A stretch of DNA of 64,000 bases. Origin: Alphaproteobacteria bacterium. GTDB taxonomy: Bacteria > Pseudomonadota > Alphaproteobacteria > SP197. How positions within the stretch are numbered: position 1 is the stretch's first letter; each line of letters begins with the position of its first letter. The DNA is taken from NCBI GenBank assembly GCA_964291265.2, contig OZ219747.1, positions 3,456,001-3,520,000 on the forward strand, written 5' to 3'. Below, one piece after another: positions 62,296-64,000 of the stretch. Below the pieces are notes generated by a model. That model searched no databases, was not told the origin of the DNA, and saw only the letters and a program-made list of their open reading frames with translations. The position numbers were made by a program, and so were the translations under genes.

Positions 62296-64000
62296 GCCGA
62301 GGTAGTCCAGGGCCTTTTTCTGGAGCGGCGTGGGCCGCGTGGTGACCTGGAAGGGTTTGGCGCCCGCAAGGCGGGGCGCCACGGTGTTGCGGGTGATGGT
62401 CGCGAGATCATCGAGGAGGGTGCGGAAACTGTGCACCGGATCACCCCCGGGCGTCCTCTTCGTTGCCGCCTTGGCCCGGGCGCTCGCCGAGACTTCTGCC
62501 GGCGCCACGACGGACGGCCGCCGGGCCTCGGCGCCTTCGGCATCCTCGTCGTCGAACAGCATGGGCTTCAGTCTCTGGCGCATGTGCCATTCAACGTAGT
62601 AGGCGAGCATGCACAGGAAGACATGGGCGCGGACCCGGGGTTCGGTGCGGTGGTAGACGGGGCGGACCTTCAGATCCACGGTCTTCAGGCTGCGGAAGGC
62701 CCGTTCCACCGAACTCAACCGCTTGTAGGCGCGCACCGTGCCGGGACCGTCGAGCTCGCTCTGCGGCAGGCTGGTGCGGATCACGTAGAGGCCGTCGAGC
62801 CTGGCCTCGGCGGCGATGGCAGCCTCATCGCGCCCATAGGTGAAGACACCCTCGTCGTCGATGGACCACGTGAAGTGCTTCGCCATCTTGTACTTGCCGA
62901 TGACCTTGCCGACCCGCTCCCCGATCTTGTCGGCACCCTTGAGACGGCGCTTGTCGCGCCGTGTCGCTGCGGCGATCGGTTCAAGCAGGGCCTCGGTGGC
63001 CTCGAGCAGTTCCTGGCGCTTGCGGGCCCGGTCCTCGGCCAGCAGGGGGTTGCGGCAGACCATGAGGCGTTCGCCGGGATACGCATCGCTGGTGATCTCC
63101 ACCAGGTCCCTCTCGTCGAAGAGCGACATCTCGATGTCGCCGGCCTCCACAAGGGCGCGGATGGCCGGTCCCCTCAAGGCGCTGATCCAGTCCAGGCCCG
63201 CAGGCTTCACCTCCTCGCGTATGCGCGCCTCGGTCAGCATCCCCCGGTCTCCCACCAGCACCACCTTCGCCAGGGAGAAGCGCTCCTGCAGCGTGGTGAT
63301 CTGTGATGCCACCGTCCCGGGGTCCGCCGTGTTGCCGGGGAACACTTCCACCGACACTGGACAGCCGTCCCGATCGCACAGAAGGCCGAACTCGATCTGC
63401 AGCTTGCCCTTCTTGCCATCCCGGGAATGACCCCTCCTTGCCAGGGGGCACGCTCTCCCCTCCATCCATACCGAGGTCAGGTCATAGAGCACCAGGCAGC
63501 CCTCTTCGAGGCGCCGCTTCGCCAGGGACCGCTCGATCCTCTCCTGACGCTCCAGGAGCCAGTCCATGGCGCCGTAGAGGGCGTCCTCGTCCATCTCCGC
63601 ATCGAGGACCTCGCCCAGGGTGCTGACCGCCGTGGCCTCGGCCAGCCCCCTGGCCGTGGCCAGCTTCGAGGCGGGCTCGAGGATGCGTGCCACGATCATG
63701 GCCAGGACCTGATCGCGCTCATGCGAGGGCTTCGGGTCGATCAGCCTGTCCAGTCCCAGCTTCTTCAGGGTTCCCAGCACTGCGGCGACATGCCCATGGG
63801 GTAGGGAGCGGACGATGTCGAAGGCGTCGTCACGACCGACGAGGGGTTCGTTCTTCAAGAACCGCCGCAGGGTCTCGACCTTTTCCATGGGCCAGGAGGA
63901 GAGATTGGCGATGGTGCGCTTCTTGACCTTGCCGTTCTCGCGCCATCCCTCTCGCAGGAGGACGGCGGGGGGTGAGTTACGGTTGGGGACGATGTCTACG
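62263..64000 (-). CDS. IS1634-family transposase (start off-window; last codons replaced by IS read-through)
   Basis: Frame open to the window edge (VDIVPNRNSPPAVLLREGWRE...); core nearly identical to copy 1. Confidence 0.88.
   Translation of the reverse strand, partial: VDIVPNRNSPPAVLLREGWRENGKVKKRTIANLSSWPMEKVETLRRFLKNEPLVGRDDAFDIVRSLPHGHVAAVLGTLKKLGLDRLIDPKPSHERDQVLAMIVARILEPASKLATARGLAEATAVSTLGEVLDAEMDEDALYGAMDWLLERQERIERSLAKRRLEEGCLVLYDLTSVWMEGRACPLARRGHSRDGKKGKLQIEFGLLCDRDGCPVSVEVFPGNTADPGTVASQITTLQERFSLAKVVLVGDRGMLTEARIREEVKPAGLDWISALRGPAIRALVEAGDIEMSLFDERDLVEITSDAYPGERLMVCRNPLLAEDRARKRQELLEATEALLEPIAAATRRDKRRLKGADKIGERVGKVIGKYKMAKHFTWSIDDEGVFTYGRDEAAIAAEARLDGLYVIRTSLPQSELDGPGTVRAYKRLSSVERAFRSLKTVDLKVRPVYHRTEPRVRAHVFLCMLAYYVEWHMRQRLKPMLFDDEDAEGAEARRPSVVAPAEVSASARAKAATKRTPGGDPVHSFRTLLDDLATITRNTVAPRLAGAKPFQVTTRPTPLQKKALDYLGLPISHKSCRT

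Larger units (their letters stand above)
59757..64000 (-). mobile_element. IS1634-family insertion sequence, copy 2 (interrupted; extends beyond window)
   Basis: IR at 59757; native 3' end LDYLG-IRLQRSQ* lies at 59827-59850 once the nested IS is removed. Confidence 0.85.

Overview
High-GC alphaproteobacterial chromosome segment (Rhodospirillales-like gene order). Conserved housekeeping blocks are thiL-nusB-ribH-ribE-ribD-nrdR-glyA-rpiB; tRNA-Lys, tgt-queA-coaD-gyrA-ssb/uvrA; and dcd, trmFO, secFD-yajC, nlpD-pcm-serS-tatCBA. They alternate with three accessory zones. (1) 5.8-20 kb: truncated MucR, a repeat-flanked RTX protein, a Liv-type ABC transporter, and a cluster of a homocysteine methyltransferase with Rieske, PhyH and TauD oxygenases. 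(2) 30.1-40.6 kb: a unit bounded by IS66-type inverted repeats with an 8-bp target duplication. It has no IS66 transposase and carries a thrice-disrupted fibronectin-III autotransporter plus two nested IS. (3) 53.3-64 kb: a nested IS graveyard. The most striking signal is a DUF4338 (DruA-like, Mom/GNAT-motif) domain present five times. It is fused to two unrelated IS4-family DDE transposase types, and two truncated copies resemble a third, ISAs1-linked type, which suggests IS elements carrying their own DNA-modifying module. A well-folded ~170-nt candidate ncRNA lies between dcd and trmFO. All family calls come from visual motif recognition; no database searches were run.
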